DNA from: Alphaproteobacteria bacterium | GTDB lineage: Bacteria > Pseudomonadota > Alphaproteobacteria > UBA828 | Assembly (NCBI GenBank): GCA_963422645.2 | Contig: CAXXVO010000008.1 | Location: 416,001-480,000 of the forward strand | Length of the DNA: 64,000 nt | Direction of reading: 5' to 3' | Program-made: the position numbers and the translations under genes | Shown: one piece after another, positions 20,376-31,084 of the stretch | Layout of the letters: each line of letters begins with the position of its first letter | Position numbering within the stretch: the first letter of the stretch is position 1 | Notes under the pieces: generated by a model | Told to the model about the DNA's origin: nothing | Database searches by the model: none | The model's input: only the letters and a program-made list of their open reading frames with translations

Positions 20376-20845
20376 GAATGATCGTCCCGGGGAGCCACCC
20401 ACCCAGCTTGACACACAGCACGAAATAGCAGGCCGCACGCGCCGTTCTGCCGTTGCCGTTGATAAACGGATGAATCCAGTTCAGCCGCCAGAGCACGTAA
20501 GCGGCCAAGGAGACCTCATCCCAATCGTTCCAGTACCGATTCACTTCGTTGACGAAATCGTCCATCAACGCATTGACGCGATAGTGATCGGGCGGATCGT
20601 GGTCGCCGACAGTCACGGCACAAGGTCGGTATTCCCCTGCATAGGGGTGCAAGCATGCGATCGCGTGGTAGTTGATCGCCTTGACGACGGTCTGCGACAA
20701 GAAAGGCTTTCCGACTGCCACTGCAGTCTCCACGACGGATTGGAGAAAATCGTAGTGCCGACCGCCGTTTGCAACTTCGAGAGCGCGGTATGCAGGGTGA
20801 TCTTCGTTTCCCCTGACTAACTCGGAAAGTATCATGGCTCTACGA

Positions 20846-21043
20846 TCACACGGCTCGTCTTTTTATAAGTTTTTTCACCTCCTCGCGCGTAATCGTGCTT
20901 TCCCTGCTCATCGTACCCATGATGAATGACACCCTCTGCTTGTGCCTTTCTTCCGGCGTCATCGACCGGCCCGCTGCGTCCCGCAACGCCTTCAAGACCT
21001 GTGGGTCCTTCCGGTGCATTGTCATGGTCGCAGATTTCGCCAT
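20846..21043 (-). CDS. Small protein upstream of fic (putative antitoxin)
   Basis: 65 aa (MAKSATMTMHRKDPQVLKALRDAAGRSMTPEERHKQRVSFIMGTMSRESTITREEVKK...), GGAGG RBS, stop 10 nt before the fic start. Confidence 0.6.
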   Translation of the reverse strand: MAKSATMTMHRKDPQVLKALRDAAGRSMTPEERHKQRVSFIMGTMSRESTITREEVKKLIKRRAV

Positions 21044-21200
21044 TTCCGTCCCTCCCCATCGTTGCTCAGCGCCGACAAACCGGCATGAGGTCGCACACAC
21101 AGAATGGGCACACTGGGTCTCCTTTGCAATACCGCAGCAGAATCTCGGCCGAGTAAACGATTGCAATTACGCCGCTTTTCGCGCGTTTCGGCACCAAGCG

Positions 21201-21246
21201 CGGCCACTGCAAACGAAAAGGGGCGGGCCCTTAGGACCCGCCCCGA
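21201..21246 (-). terminator. groEL rho-independent terminator (direct repeat copy 2)
   Basis: Minus strand reads GGGGCGGGTCC-TAA-GGGCCCGCCCC-TTTTCGTTT, just downstream of the groEL stop. Confidence 0.8.
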
Positions 21247-21268
21247 AACGAGAGCCTGGAAGGCTGGG

Positions 21269-22945
<1,677 letters not shown>

Positions 22946-23260
22946 CTACGCGGCCTTTTTCGACTTCTTGCCGGTCTCGACGATGGCCATGATGTCGGAC
23001 TCCTTCATGAAGAGGAGGTCGTCACCGTCGAGGGTTACTTCGTTGCCGGACCACTTGCCGAAGAGCACGCGGTCGCCAGGCTTCACGTCCAGCGGATGCA
23101 GCGTCCCGTCATCGCCTCGGGTTCCGGGGCCCACGGCCACAATCTCGCCTTCCTGCGGCTTCTCCTGAGCGGTATCGGGGATGATGATGCCGCCGGCGGT
23201 CTTGGCCTCCTCGCCAATCCGGCGCACCACGACCCTGTCATGCAACGGTCGAAAGCTCAT
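22946..23260 (-). CDS. groS: Co-chaperonin GroES
   Basis: [14 protein letters not shown] and [16 protein letters not shown]; lies directly upstream of groEL. Confidence 0.98.
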   Translation of the reverse strand: MSFRPLHDRVVVRRIGEEAKTAGGIIIPDTAQEKPQEGEIVAVGPGTRGDDGTLHPLDVKPGDRVLFGKWSGNEVTLDGDDLLFMKESDIMAIVETGKKSKKAA

Positions 23261-23303
23261 TGATTCCTCCACTTTCGTCTGTCCATTCTCTCGATAGCAG
23301 GTG

Positions 23304-23330
23304 TTAGCACTCGATAGAAACGAGTGCTAA
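23304..23330. promoter_or_regulatory. CIRCE operator (HrcA binding site)
   Basis: Perfect TTAGCACTC-N9-GAGTGCTAA upstream of groES. Confidence 0.97.
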
Positions 23331-23465
23331 CACCTCTGGCGCCTCAAATCAAGCGTCCGTTGCACCCGAAACGCGGTGTCGCGGTGGATTTCCGAGGTGT
23401 CCTCCGGCCTTGCATGCGCCGGCGGGCGGGCGGCAGGATGGCGCCGCAGCAGGGGATATGGAGTC

Positions 23466-24245
23466 ATGGATCTCGGTATCAAGGGGCGGCGGGCAATCGT
23501 TTGCGCGGCAAGCCGCGGCCTCGGCCGCGCCTCCGCGTTCTCACTGGCGCGAAACGGCGCCGATCTCGTCGTCAACGGGCGCGATGCGCAGGTGCTGGAG
23601 GAGACGGCGCAGGCGATCCGGGAGGAGACCGGCGTCGCCGTCGAGACCGTGGCCGGCGACATCAGCGACCCGGCGGTCCAGGCCGCGATGATCGAGGCCA
23701 GCCCCGAGCCCGATATTCTGGTCAACAACAACGGCGGCCCGCCCCGCCGCGATTTCCGGGAGATCGACCGCGACGCCTTCCTCCAGGGCGTGGTGATGAA
23801 CATGGCGACGCCTGTGGAGATGATCGGGCGCGTAGTGGACGGCATGGCCGAGCGCGGCTTCGGGCGCATCGTCAACATCACCTCGATCTCGGTGAAGATG
23901 CCGGTCCCTGGCCTCGACCTCTCCAGCGGCGCGCGCGCAGGGCTCACCGCCTTCGTCGCCGGCATCGCGTCCGGCGTCGCCCCCTGCAACGTGACGATCA
24001 ACAATCTCCTGCCCGGCTATTTCGATACCGCGCGGCTGCGCAGCAACATTGCGGCCGGCGCCAGGGCGACGGGAGCCGACCTCACCCAGTTCACGGAGCA
24101 GCAGATGGCTTTGGTTCCGGCCAAGCGCTTCGGCGACCCTGACGAGTTCGGCGAGGCCTGCGCCTTCCTCTGCAGCGCACAGGCCGGCTACATCACCGGC
24201 CAGAACCTGGTGATCGACGGCGGCCGCTACAGCAGCGTCTGGTAG
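23466..24245 (+). CDS. SDR family oxidoreductase
   Basis: MDLGIKGRRAIVCAASRGLG, ILVNNNGGP and LSSGARAGL motifs. Confidence 0.9.
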   Translation: MDLGIKGRRAIVCAASRGLGRASAFSLARNGADLVVNGRDAQVLEETAQAIREETGVAVETVAGDISDPAVQAAMIEASPEPDILVNNNGGPPRRDFREIDRDAFLQGVVMNMATPVEMIGRVVDGMAERGFGRIVNITSISVKMPVPGLDLSSGARAGLTAFVAGIASGVAPCNVTINNLLPGYFDTARLRSNIAAGARATGADLTQFTEQQMALVPAKRFGDPDEFGEACAFLCSAQAGYITGQNLVIDGGRYSSVW

Positions 24246-24259
24246 CGGGAGAAGCCCGA

Positions 24260-24525
24260 GCCCGCATTTCTCACCACGGTCACGGCCTGCGTCGCACCCA
24301 GGCGTTCGATCCGCCAGGAGCGGGCCGAAAAGCGTATCGGGGAATACGGTTGAGGCCCGCGACGCCGCGGGCGGGCGCCTGGGCGCGACCCGAAGGGCGG
24401 CGCTCTCCGGCCGACAGTGTGCGTCACGGCGCTTGCCCGATGTCCCCGCATCGCGCTGCGCGCCGTTCCTACCCTGTCGGCCGGAGAGCACCGCGCAGAC
24501 CATGACCGTGGTGAGAAATGCGGGC
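24260..24525. repeat. MITE-like intergenic element with 32-bp terminal inverted repeats
   Basis: GCCCGCATTTCTCACCACGGTCACGGCCTGCG at 24260 and its inverse (2 mismatches) ending at 24525. The same 16-mer occurs at 14443. Confidence 0.7.
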
Positions 24526-24529
24526 CAAC

Positions 24530-25751
24530 CTACGCTTTTACCTGAAGTTCGCGAGGCCAATTCGCGAGGGTTTCCGCGCCGCTCTCGGTGATGCGAATGC
24601 TCTCGGTGATCTCGAGGCCCCAGTCCTCGAACCAGAGCGCGGGCATGAAGTGAATGGTCATATTGGGCTCAAGCACGGTGCGGTCCCCCGGTCGCAGGCT
24701 GATGGTGCGCTCGCCCCAGTCCGGCGGATAGCTGAGCCCGATGGAGTAGCCGCAGCGGCTCTCCTTGGTCAGGCCGTGCCGCGCGAGCGAGGCCGTGAAC
24801 GCGCGGTGGATGTCTTCGCAGAGGTTCCCCGGCCTCGCGGCATCCAGCCCCGCCTCGATTGCTTCCAGCAGAGCGCCTTCCGCATTGCGCTCGCGCGCCG
24901 CCGGCTTTCCGAGAAACACCGTGCGGCAGAGCGGGCAGTGGTAGCGCCTGTAGACGCCCGCGATCTCGAAAAATGTCGCCTCGCCCGCGCGCATCGGCTT
25001 GTCGTCCCAGGTGAGATGCGCCGCAGACGCATCGATGCCGGTCGGCACCATCGGCACGATGGCCGGGTAGTCGCCCCCCCGCGCCTTCGACGCCGGTGAT
25101 CGCCGCGTGGAAGATCTCCGCCACCAGGTCGTTCTTGCGCATGCCGGGCTCGACCACTTCCAGGATGCGTGCGTGCATTTTTTCCACGATACGCGCCGCA
25201 TTCTTCATGAAGGCGATCTCGGCCTCCGACTTCACGATCCGTTGCCAGTTCACGAAGCCCGTCGCGTCGAGCAGCGTCGCATCGCCCAAGTGCGTCTCCA
25301 GCGAGCGGTAGGCGGCGGCGCTGAAGTAGTAGTTGTCCATCTCGACGCCGATCCGCGCGCCGCCCCAACCACGCCCCACGATGACCTCGCTCAGGTAGTC
25401 CATCGGGTGGCGCTCGGTGGACATCACGTAGTGGTCCCCGTAGGCCACGATATCGTCGTGCGCCATGAACACGGTGCGCTTCGCCCCGTTGGCATCCATG
25501 CCGCGCCCGAACCAGACCGGATCGCCTTCGAGCGAGAGCAGCACGCACTGGTGCACGTAGAAGGACCAGCCGTCATAGCCGGTCAGCCACGCCATGTTCG
25601 AGGGGTCGGAGACGACGAGCAGGTCGAGCCCTCTCTCGTCCATCGCCCGCCGGGTCTTCGCGATCCGGGCCGCGTACTCGTCGCGCGAGAAGGGGAGATC
25701 GACCGGCGGTGGCGCGCCGCTTTCACCGGCCGTGGGCGATGTGCTCTTCAA
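24530..25751 (-). CDS. doeA: Ectoine hydrolase (M24 family), frameshifted in the C7 run at 25074-25080
   Basis: PSNMAWLTGYDGWSFYVHQ, GVEMDNYYFS, GGDYPAIVP and GYSIGLSYPPDWGERT motifs split across two frames. Confidence 0.85.
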
Positions 25752-25779
25752 GGCTGAACCCTCCCAGGGTGTCGTGCGG

Positions 25780-27492
25780 TCATCCGATGAACCCGAGGCT
25801 CTCGAGCTTGACGAAGACCCGGTGGGCCGCGAGATCGGGTCGAATGACAGCGGTGTCGATTTCGATGTCGGGCTCTTCGGGTGGCTCGTAAGGGTCGTCG
25901 ATGCCGGTGAATCCTTCGATGAGTCCGGCCCTCGCCCTCGCATAGAGACCCTTTCGGTCACGCGCCTCGCAGGTCTCGAGCGGCGTCGAGACGTAGACCT
26001 CGACGAACCCCCCGACCGCTTCGATGGTCTCTCGCAGCTCGCGCCGGGTGGCCGCGTAGGGTGCGATGGGCGCGCAAATCGCGATACCGCCGTTTCGTGC
26101 GATCTCGGTCGCGACGAACCCGATGCGGCGCAGGTTGATCTCCCGGTGCTCGCGGGAGAAGCCGAGCTCGCTCGAGAGGTTCTTGCGCACGATGTCCCCG
26201 TCGAGGAGCGTGACCTGCCGCTCGCCGTTCTCGCGCAACATGGCGACGAGCGCATGCGCGAGCGTGGACTTGCCGGCGCCCGAAAGCCCGGTGAACAGGA
26301 CCACGAAGCCCTGCCGGTCGCGCGGCGGGTATGCGCGGCGCAGCTCGGCCGAGACCTCCGGGTCGGTGAACCAGTCCGGGATATCGAGCCCGAGCGCGAG
26401 GCGGCGGCGAAGCTCGGTCCCGCTCAGCCTGAGCACCCGGTCCTCGTTCGAGACCCGGTCGGCCTCAAGATACTTGGCCCGGTTCTCGACGTAGACCACC
26501 TCCTGAAGCGGCACCATGGCGATGTCGAGCTCGCTTTCGTGCTCGGCCATCAGCGCCTGCGCGTCGTAGGGGCCATAGAAGGGCCGGCCGTTGCGGCCCA
26601 CGTCCGGGGCCGCGTGGTCGGGTCCAACAACGAAGTGCGTGCACCCGTGGTTCTTGTTGATGATCGCGTGCCAGATCGCCTCGCGCGGGCCCGCCATGCG
26701 CAGAGCGAGATTGAGCAGGCTCAGCGTCGTGGTCTGGTCGGGAAACTGCGGGAGAACCCGCTCGTAGCAGCGGACCCGGGTGTAGTGGTCGACATCCCCC
26801 GGCGCGGTCTCGCCCACCACGGCATGGAGCAGAAGGTTCGCTTCGCAGGCGCGCGCGGCCTGCATCGAGAGCGCGACCTGGGCGCGGTGCAGCGGCTTGC
26901 GGGTCTGGAAGGCGACCACACGCCGCCACCCGAGCTTGCGGAAGCGCTCCCGCAGCTCAGCGGGAGAGTTTCGCAGCGCCCGGTGATCGTAGTGCAGGAT
27001 CGGCTCGAGCCCGAATACACGACCGCTCACGCAGACCGGATGCGTCCGATGAAGCAGGCGGGACACCCCGGGGTGAGCGTCATCGGCGGTGCCGTAGACG
27101 GCGCGCGCCTCCTCGTCCTTCTCGGGGCGCCATGTCTCGCCCACCTCCATGAGCGCGGCAAGCAGGCCTTCGCCGTCGCGGAGCGCGATCGTCTCCCCAA
27201 GCTCGAGACTCGCCGCGAAGTCCTCGCTCACGTCGAGCGTGACCGGGACCGGCCAGAGCACGCCCGAAGGGAGCCGCATGCCGCGAAGCACTCCCTCGTA
27301 TTCGAAGGGGCTCATGAATCCCTCGAGGGGAGAGAAGGCGCCGTTCAGCAACAACTCGACATCGCAGAGCTGGCGCGCGCTGAGGTCCCAGCTCTTCGCG
27401 TCCCTGGATCGGCGAAGCGCGTCGTCGCGCGCGGACCCGTCGAGGTATCCGCTCCTGAGCTTGCCGCCGTGCGGCGTCTTGAACGCGCCCAC
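25780..27492 (-). CDS. Sulfate adenylyltransferase/adenylyl-sulfate kinase fusion (sulfurylase motifs degenerate)
   Basis: PHGGKL, LLLNGAFSPLEGFM and MAGPREAIWHA in the N-terminal domain; kinase domain with GLSGAGKST, LLDGD and RDRKGLY. Confidence 0.9.
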   Translation of the reverse strand: MGAFKTPHGGKLRSGYLDGSARDDALRRSRDAKSWDLSARQLCDVELLLNGAFSPLEGFMSPFEYEGVLRGMRLPSGVLWPVPVTLDVSEDFAASLELGETIALRDGEGLLAALMEVGETWRPEKDEEARAVYGTADDAHPGVSRLLHRTHPVCVSGRVFGLEPILHYDHRALRNSPAELRERFRKLGWRRVVAFQTRKPLHRAQVALSMQAARACEANLLLHAVVGETAPGDVDHYTRVRCYERVLPQFPDQTTTLSLLNLALRMAGPREAIWHAIINKNHGCTHFVVGPDHAAPDVGRNGRPFYGPYDAQALMAEHESELDIAMVPLQEVVYVENRAKYLEADRVSNEDRVLRLSGTELRRRLALGLDIPDWFTDPEVSAELRRAYPPRDRQGFVVLFTGLSGAGKSTLAHALVAMLRENGERQVTLLDGDIVRKNLSSELGFSREHREINLRRIGFVATEIARNGGIAICAPIAPYAATRRELRETIEAVGGFVEVYVSTPLETCEARDRKGLYARARAGLIEGFTGIDDPYEPPEEPDIEIDTAVIRPDLAAHRVFVKLESLGFIG

Positions 27493-27654
27493 CCTCGTAT
27501 CCTGCCTCGGATCTTGCGGCACGTGCCGTCTGCGCCCCGGGACGCGGATTCTAGTGCGCACTGGTGTCTCGTAAAGTCGCGCCCGTCCTTCTTTATCCGT
27601 GCGGCCGCCTCGGACGCCAACCCGGCGGCGTTCGCCTTGACAGCGGGCGCTCGG

Positions 27655-30127
27655 CAATGGCATTCATTTGGCGCGAAGATTGTTCCGGGGTTTTTTGGTG
27701 GTGTCGTAACGAGTTGATTTCTTGTGTGGATTGTCGGTCTCGGCGTTTCCCGCACGAGGGGGATTGACCGGCGGCGTGTGCTTTGGCACACTGTGGCTGT
27801 CCCCCTGTCAGTGGAGCCGGCCCATGGACCCCCGCATCACCGCGCTGAAGTCGACGACCTTTTTCGGCAGACGTCTGACCCGCCGGCAGATTGCCGACAT
27901 CCAGGAGACGGTGGCGCTGTTTCCGGCGATCAGCCGCAACGAGCTCGGGCACACGATCTGCGAGCATTTGAACTGGCGCGCGCCGAGCGGGCGGAACCGT
28001 GTCGCGGTCTGCCTGCGGATGCTGGAGGAGTTGGAGCGGCTGGGCATCCTGACCCTGCCGGCGCGGGACGAGGCGCAGGTGCGGGGGCCGCAGGAGGCGA
28101 TGGCCCGGAGCGAGCGGACGGCGCCGGCCGCGGCGATCGCGGAGGACCTGGCCGCGCTGATGCCGCTGCGCCTGTCGATTGCGGCGGGCAAGGAGGAGGG
28201 CGGGCTGTGGAACGAGTTCGTCGCGCGCCACCACTATCTCGGGCTGCATCGTCTGGTCGGCGCGCATCTGCGCTATTTTCTCCTGGACCGCCACGGGCGG
28301 CCTCTGGGCTGCCTTCTGTTTGCCCGGGCGTCGCGCACGCTGCCCTGCCGCGACGAGTGGATCGGGTGGCCGGCGGAAGGCTTCCGCAAGCACCTCGATC
28401 TGGTCGTGGGTCACACGCGTTTCCTGATCTTTCCCTGGGTCCGGGTCGACAACCTGGCGTCGAAAGCGCTGTCGATGGCGCTGCGCCAGCTGCCCGGCGA
28501 CTGGGAGGCGCGCTTCGGAGCGCGCCCGGTTCTGGTGGAGACCTTCGTGGACCCCAGCCTCTTCGACGGCGCCTGCTACCGCGCGGCCAACTGGCGCTGT
28601 CTCGGCGAGACCGGGGGCGGCAAGGGCAAGACCCGCAAAAGCGTCTACGTCTACCCGCTGACGCCGGACTTCCGCTCGATCCTGCTCGAAGGCCCGCGGC
28701 CGGCGCGGCGCGGGAACAGGACACGGCCGGCAGCGCTGGCGCCGGACGATCCCTTCGTGGCGCTGTGGCAGGACCTGATCGGCGCACTGGCGGCGGTGGC
28801 CGCCGATCACGACCGGGTGTGGCAGAGCCGCCGGCGGGTCCTCGACACCCTTCTCGTCATGCTCTTCATCTTCCGGCTGGCGTTCTCGAACGGCCGCGCG
28901 GGCTACGCCACGACGCTGGCCGGGCTGTGGGAGCAGTGCCGGGTCCTGGGCGTCGCACTGCCGCAGCCGGCGCCGGTCTCGGCCTCGGCGATGTGCATGG
29001 CGCGGGCCAAGGTCGACGAGGCGGTGTTCAAGACGCTGCACGCCGAGATCCTCAAGCGCGCCGACGGCCCGGCCTGGAAGGGCCACCGCGTGTTCGCGGT
29101 CGACGGCTCCAAGCTCAACCTGCCGCGGCCGCTGCTCAAGGCCGGCTACCGCACGCCCTCCGAGGCGGCCCACTACCCGCAGGGCCTGCTGAGTTGCCTC
29201 TACCGGCTGCACGCGAACATCCCGGTGGACTTCGACCTGGTCGCGCACGGCGACGAAAGAAGGGCCGCCCTCGCCCACCTCAAGGCGCTCTCGGCCAACG
29301 ACATCGTGGTCTATGACCGCGGCTACTACTCTTGGGAGATGCTGCACGCCCATGTCGCCCGCGGCCTGCACCCCGTGTTCCGGATCAAGAAGAAGGCAGG
29401 CGCCGCCCTCGACGCCTTCATCGCCGACGGCCGCACGGACGCGCCGATCACCGTCGCTCCCGGAAAGGACACCCTGAGAAAGCTGCGCCGCAAGACGCCG
29501 CACGTCGACGCCACCCCGCTGCGCCTGCGACTGGTCCGCTACCGCACCGGCAGCACGGTCTTCATCCTCGCCACCACCCTCCTCGACCCCAAGGCCTGGA
29601 GCGTCGCGGAACTGGCCGAGCTCTATCACGCGCGCTGGGGAATCGAGGAACTCTACAAGACCTCGAAACAGGCCATGGCCGTCGAGGCCTTCCACAGCCA
29701 GACCGAGCGCGGCGTCCGCCAGGAGCTCTTCGCCCACTTCAACCTCATCGCCATGACCCGGCTCTTCACCAACCGCAGCAACGCAAGCCTCGACGCCGAG
29801 CGCCCTGCCGACGGCAAGCCGGCGATGAAAGCCAACTTCAGCAACGGCCTCGCCACCGTCGCGCGCAACCTCGAAGCGCTGCTGCTGCGCCATACGGCGA
29901 TGGTCGCCGAAACCCTCAGCCATGTCCTCTCCTGCATCAACCAGGCGCGTCAGCGCCCGCGCCCCGGCCGGTCCTGCGAACGCAGGTCGCGCAAACCCCG
30001 CGGCAAGTGGGCACGCGCAAAGCGGGCCGTCGCCTGAACACCTGAACGACAGAAACGCACGCAACCGACAGCGCAAGAACACGACTCCTTAAGTGAACAG
30101 TCGAAAACCGCTAAGTGAATGCCATTG
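27655..30127 (+). mobile_element. IS4-family element, 2473 bp
   Basis: TIRs CAATGGCATTCATTTGGCG and CAATGGCATTCACTTAGCG (reverse complement); 10-bp TSD GGGCGCTCGG at 27645-27654 and 30128-30137. Confidence 0.95.
27824..30037 (+). CDS. DUF4338 (DruA-like/Mom-like) domain fused to an IS4 DDE transposase
   Basis: N-half has SRNELGHTICEHLNW, RHHYLG and LVETFVDP...CYRAANW. C-half has AVDGS, VYDRGY and YHARWGIEELYK (YREK motif). Confidence 0.85.
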   Translation: MDPRITALKSTTFFGRRLTRRQIADIQETVALFPAISRNELGHTICEHLNWRAPSGRNRVAVCLRMLEELERLGILTLPARDEAQVRGPQEAMARSERTAPAAAIAEDLAALMPLRLSIAAGKEEGGLWNEFVARHHYLGLHRLVGAHLRYFLLDRHGRPLGCLLFARASRTLPCRDEWIGWPAEGFRKHLDLVVGHTRFLIFPWVRVDNLASKALSMALRQLPGDWEARFGARPVLVETFVDPSLFDGACYRAANWRCLGETGGGKGKTRKSVYVYPLTPDFRSILLEGPRPARRGNRTRPAALAPDDPFVALWQDLIGALAAVAADHDRVWQSRRRVLDTLLVMLFIFRLAFSNGRAGYATTLAGLWEQCRVLGVALPQPAPVSASAMCMARAKVDEAVFKTLHAEILKRADGPAWKGHRVFAVDGSKLNLPRPLLKAGYRTPSEAAHYPQGLLSCLYRLHANIPVDFDLVAHGDERRAALAHLKALSANDIVVYDRGYYSWEMLHAHVARGLHPVFRIKKKAGAALDAFIADGRTDAPITVAPGKDTLRKLRRKTPHVDATPLRLRLVRYRTGSTVFILATTLLDPKAWSVAELAELYHARWGIEELYKTSKQAMAVEAFHSQTERGVRQELFAHFNLIAMTRLFTNRSNASLDAERPADGKPAMKANFSNGLATVARNLEALLLRHTAMVAETLSHVLSCINQARQRPRPGRSCERRSRKPRGKWARAKRAVA

Positions 30128-30167
30128 GGGCGCTCGGGGGTGCGAGCGCCGCGACGGCAGGAGAGAT

Positions 30168-31072
30168 ATGCCGTCCCGATTGACTGACAGGGAGTCGCGA
30201 CGGAGGCAGGGGACACCAAGGGCTGTCGGACTCGGCGGAGTGCCGATCGGCAGTCAGACCCTCGCTGCATGCGAAAGCAAGGGTTTCGACCTCCCCCCCC
30301 GGGTCCGGATCGAAAAGGCCAAGGCGGAGGAAAGCCTGGCCTCCTTCGCACGCGAGAACCCCGGAGCCGACATTCCCGAGCCCGAATGGGTTCGCCGCGC
30401 GCCGCACATAGCGAAGGCGGAAGCCGCGCTCATGAAGGCGCAGGCCAAAATGAAGCAGGCGCAACTCTGGCTCGACCGAACGGAGATCTCCCTTCCTTAC
30501 GACGTCCGGGTAACGGCGTCGGATATCGATGTCGGCCAGTTCGTCGGTCCCGCCGATCTCGTCGGTCGAGCCTCGACCTTGGGCTCCGTGTATCGGACCG
30601 ACGCGCTCCAGGTCAGAGTGCCCATCGAAGAGGACAGCCTCGCCTATCTCGCGCCGGCCATCGGTCGTTCCGCCACAATTCGAACCGCGTCGGGAAGCTA
30701 CAACGCTGTAGTGGAGCGCACGTCTGCGATCGTCGGTCCCAAGTCTCGTCTCGCGGCAGTCTTCCTGAAATTCGCGGAGGATCACCCGGCGGAGACGCTG
30801 CCGCTCCCCGGCTCGTTCGTGGAGGTTTCGATCGCGGGGCCCGTGCACGACAACGTGTTCCTCCTTCGGAATCGGCGATGCAGGACCGGGGCAGCGTCTG
30901 GGTCGTCGAAGGCGGTGCGCTGAAGGCCGTGATGCCGCGCACACTGGGACACGCCGACGGCGGAGTGGTGGTGGAGGCGTTCGACGCGGGCGAGGGCATC
31001 GTCGTCGGCTCCTTGCCGGGAGCGCGAGAGGGATTGGCCGTCGAGGTCAGCGCCGCGCAGGCGTCGGAATAG
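30168..31072 (+). pseudogene. RND efflux membrane-fusion (adaptor) protein, N-terminally truncated and frameshifted near 30868
   Basis: AKAEAALMKAQA..LDRTEISLPYD and PGSFVEVSIAG; continues as (LP)ESAMQD.. in another frame. The normal N-terminal anchor and first biotinyl half-domain are not seen. Confidence 0.7.
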
Positions 31073-31084
31073 CGGAGCCGGGCC

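Larger units (their letters stand above)
18322..20835 (-). pseudogene. Fic-domain protein interrupted by IS66
   Basis: The 5' part (20376-20835) has HPFINGNGRTAR. Removing the IS and one TSD copy continues in frame as ...PGTIILPELLRRPENRDRY...QQSSI* to 18322. Confidence 0.85.

Noticed and set aside
24669-26255. 528-aa ORF spanning cysC and doeA
   Set aside because: It is an off-frame extension of the doeA 5' half, produced by high GC content and the frameshift.
27824-28700. Druantia anti-phage system suggested by the DUF4338/DruA-like domain
   Set aside because: No DruE-like helicase or other dru genes are nearby, and the domain lies within IS TIRs fused to a transposase.
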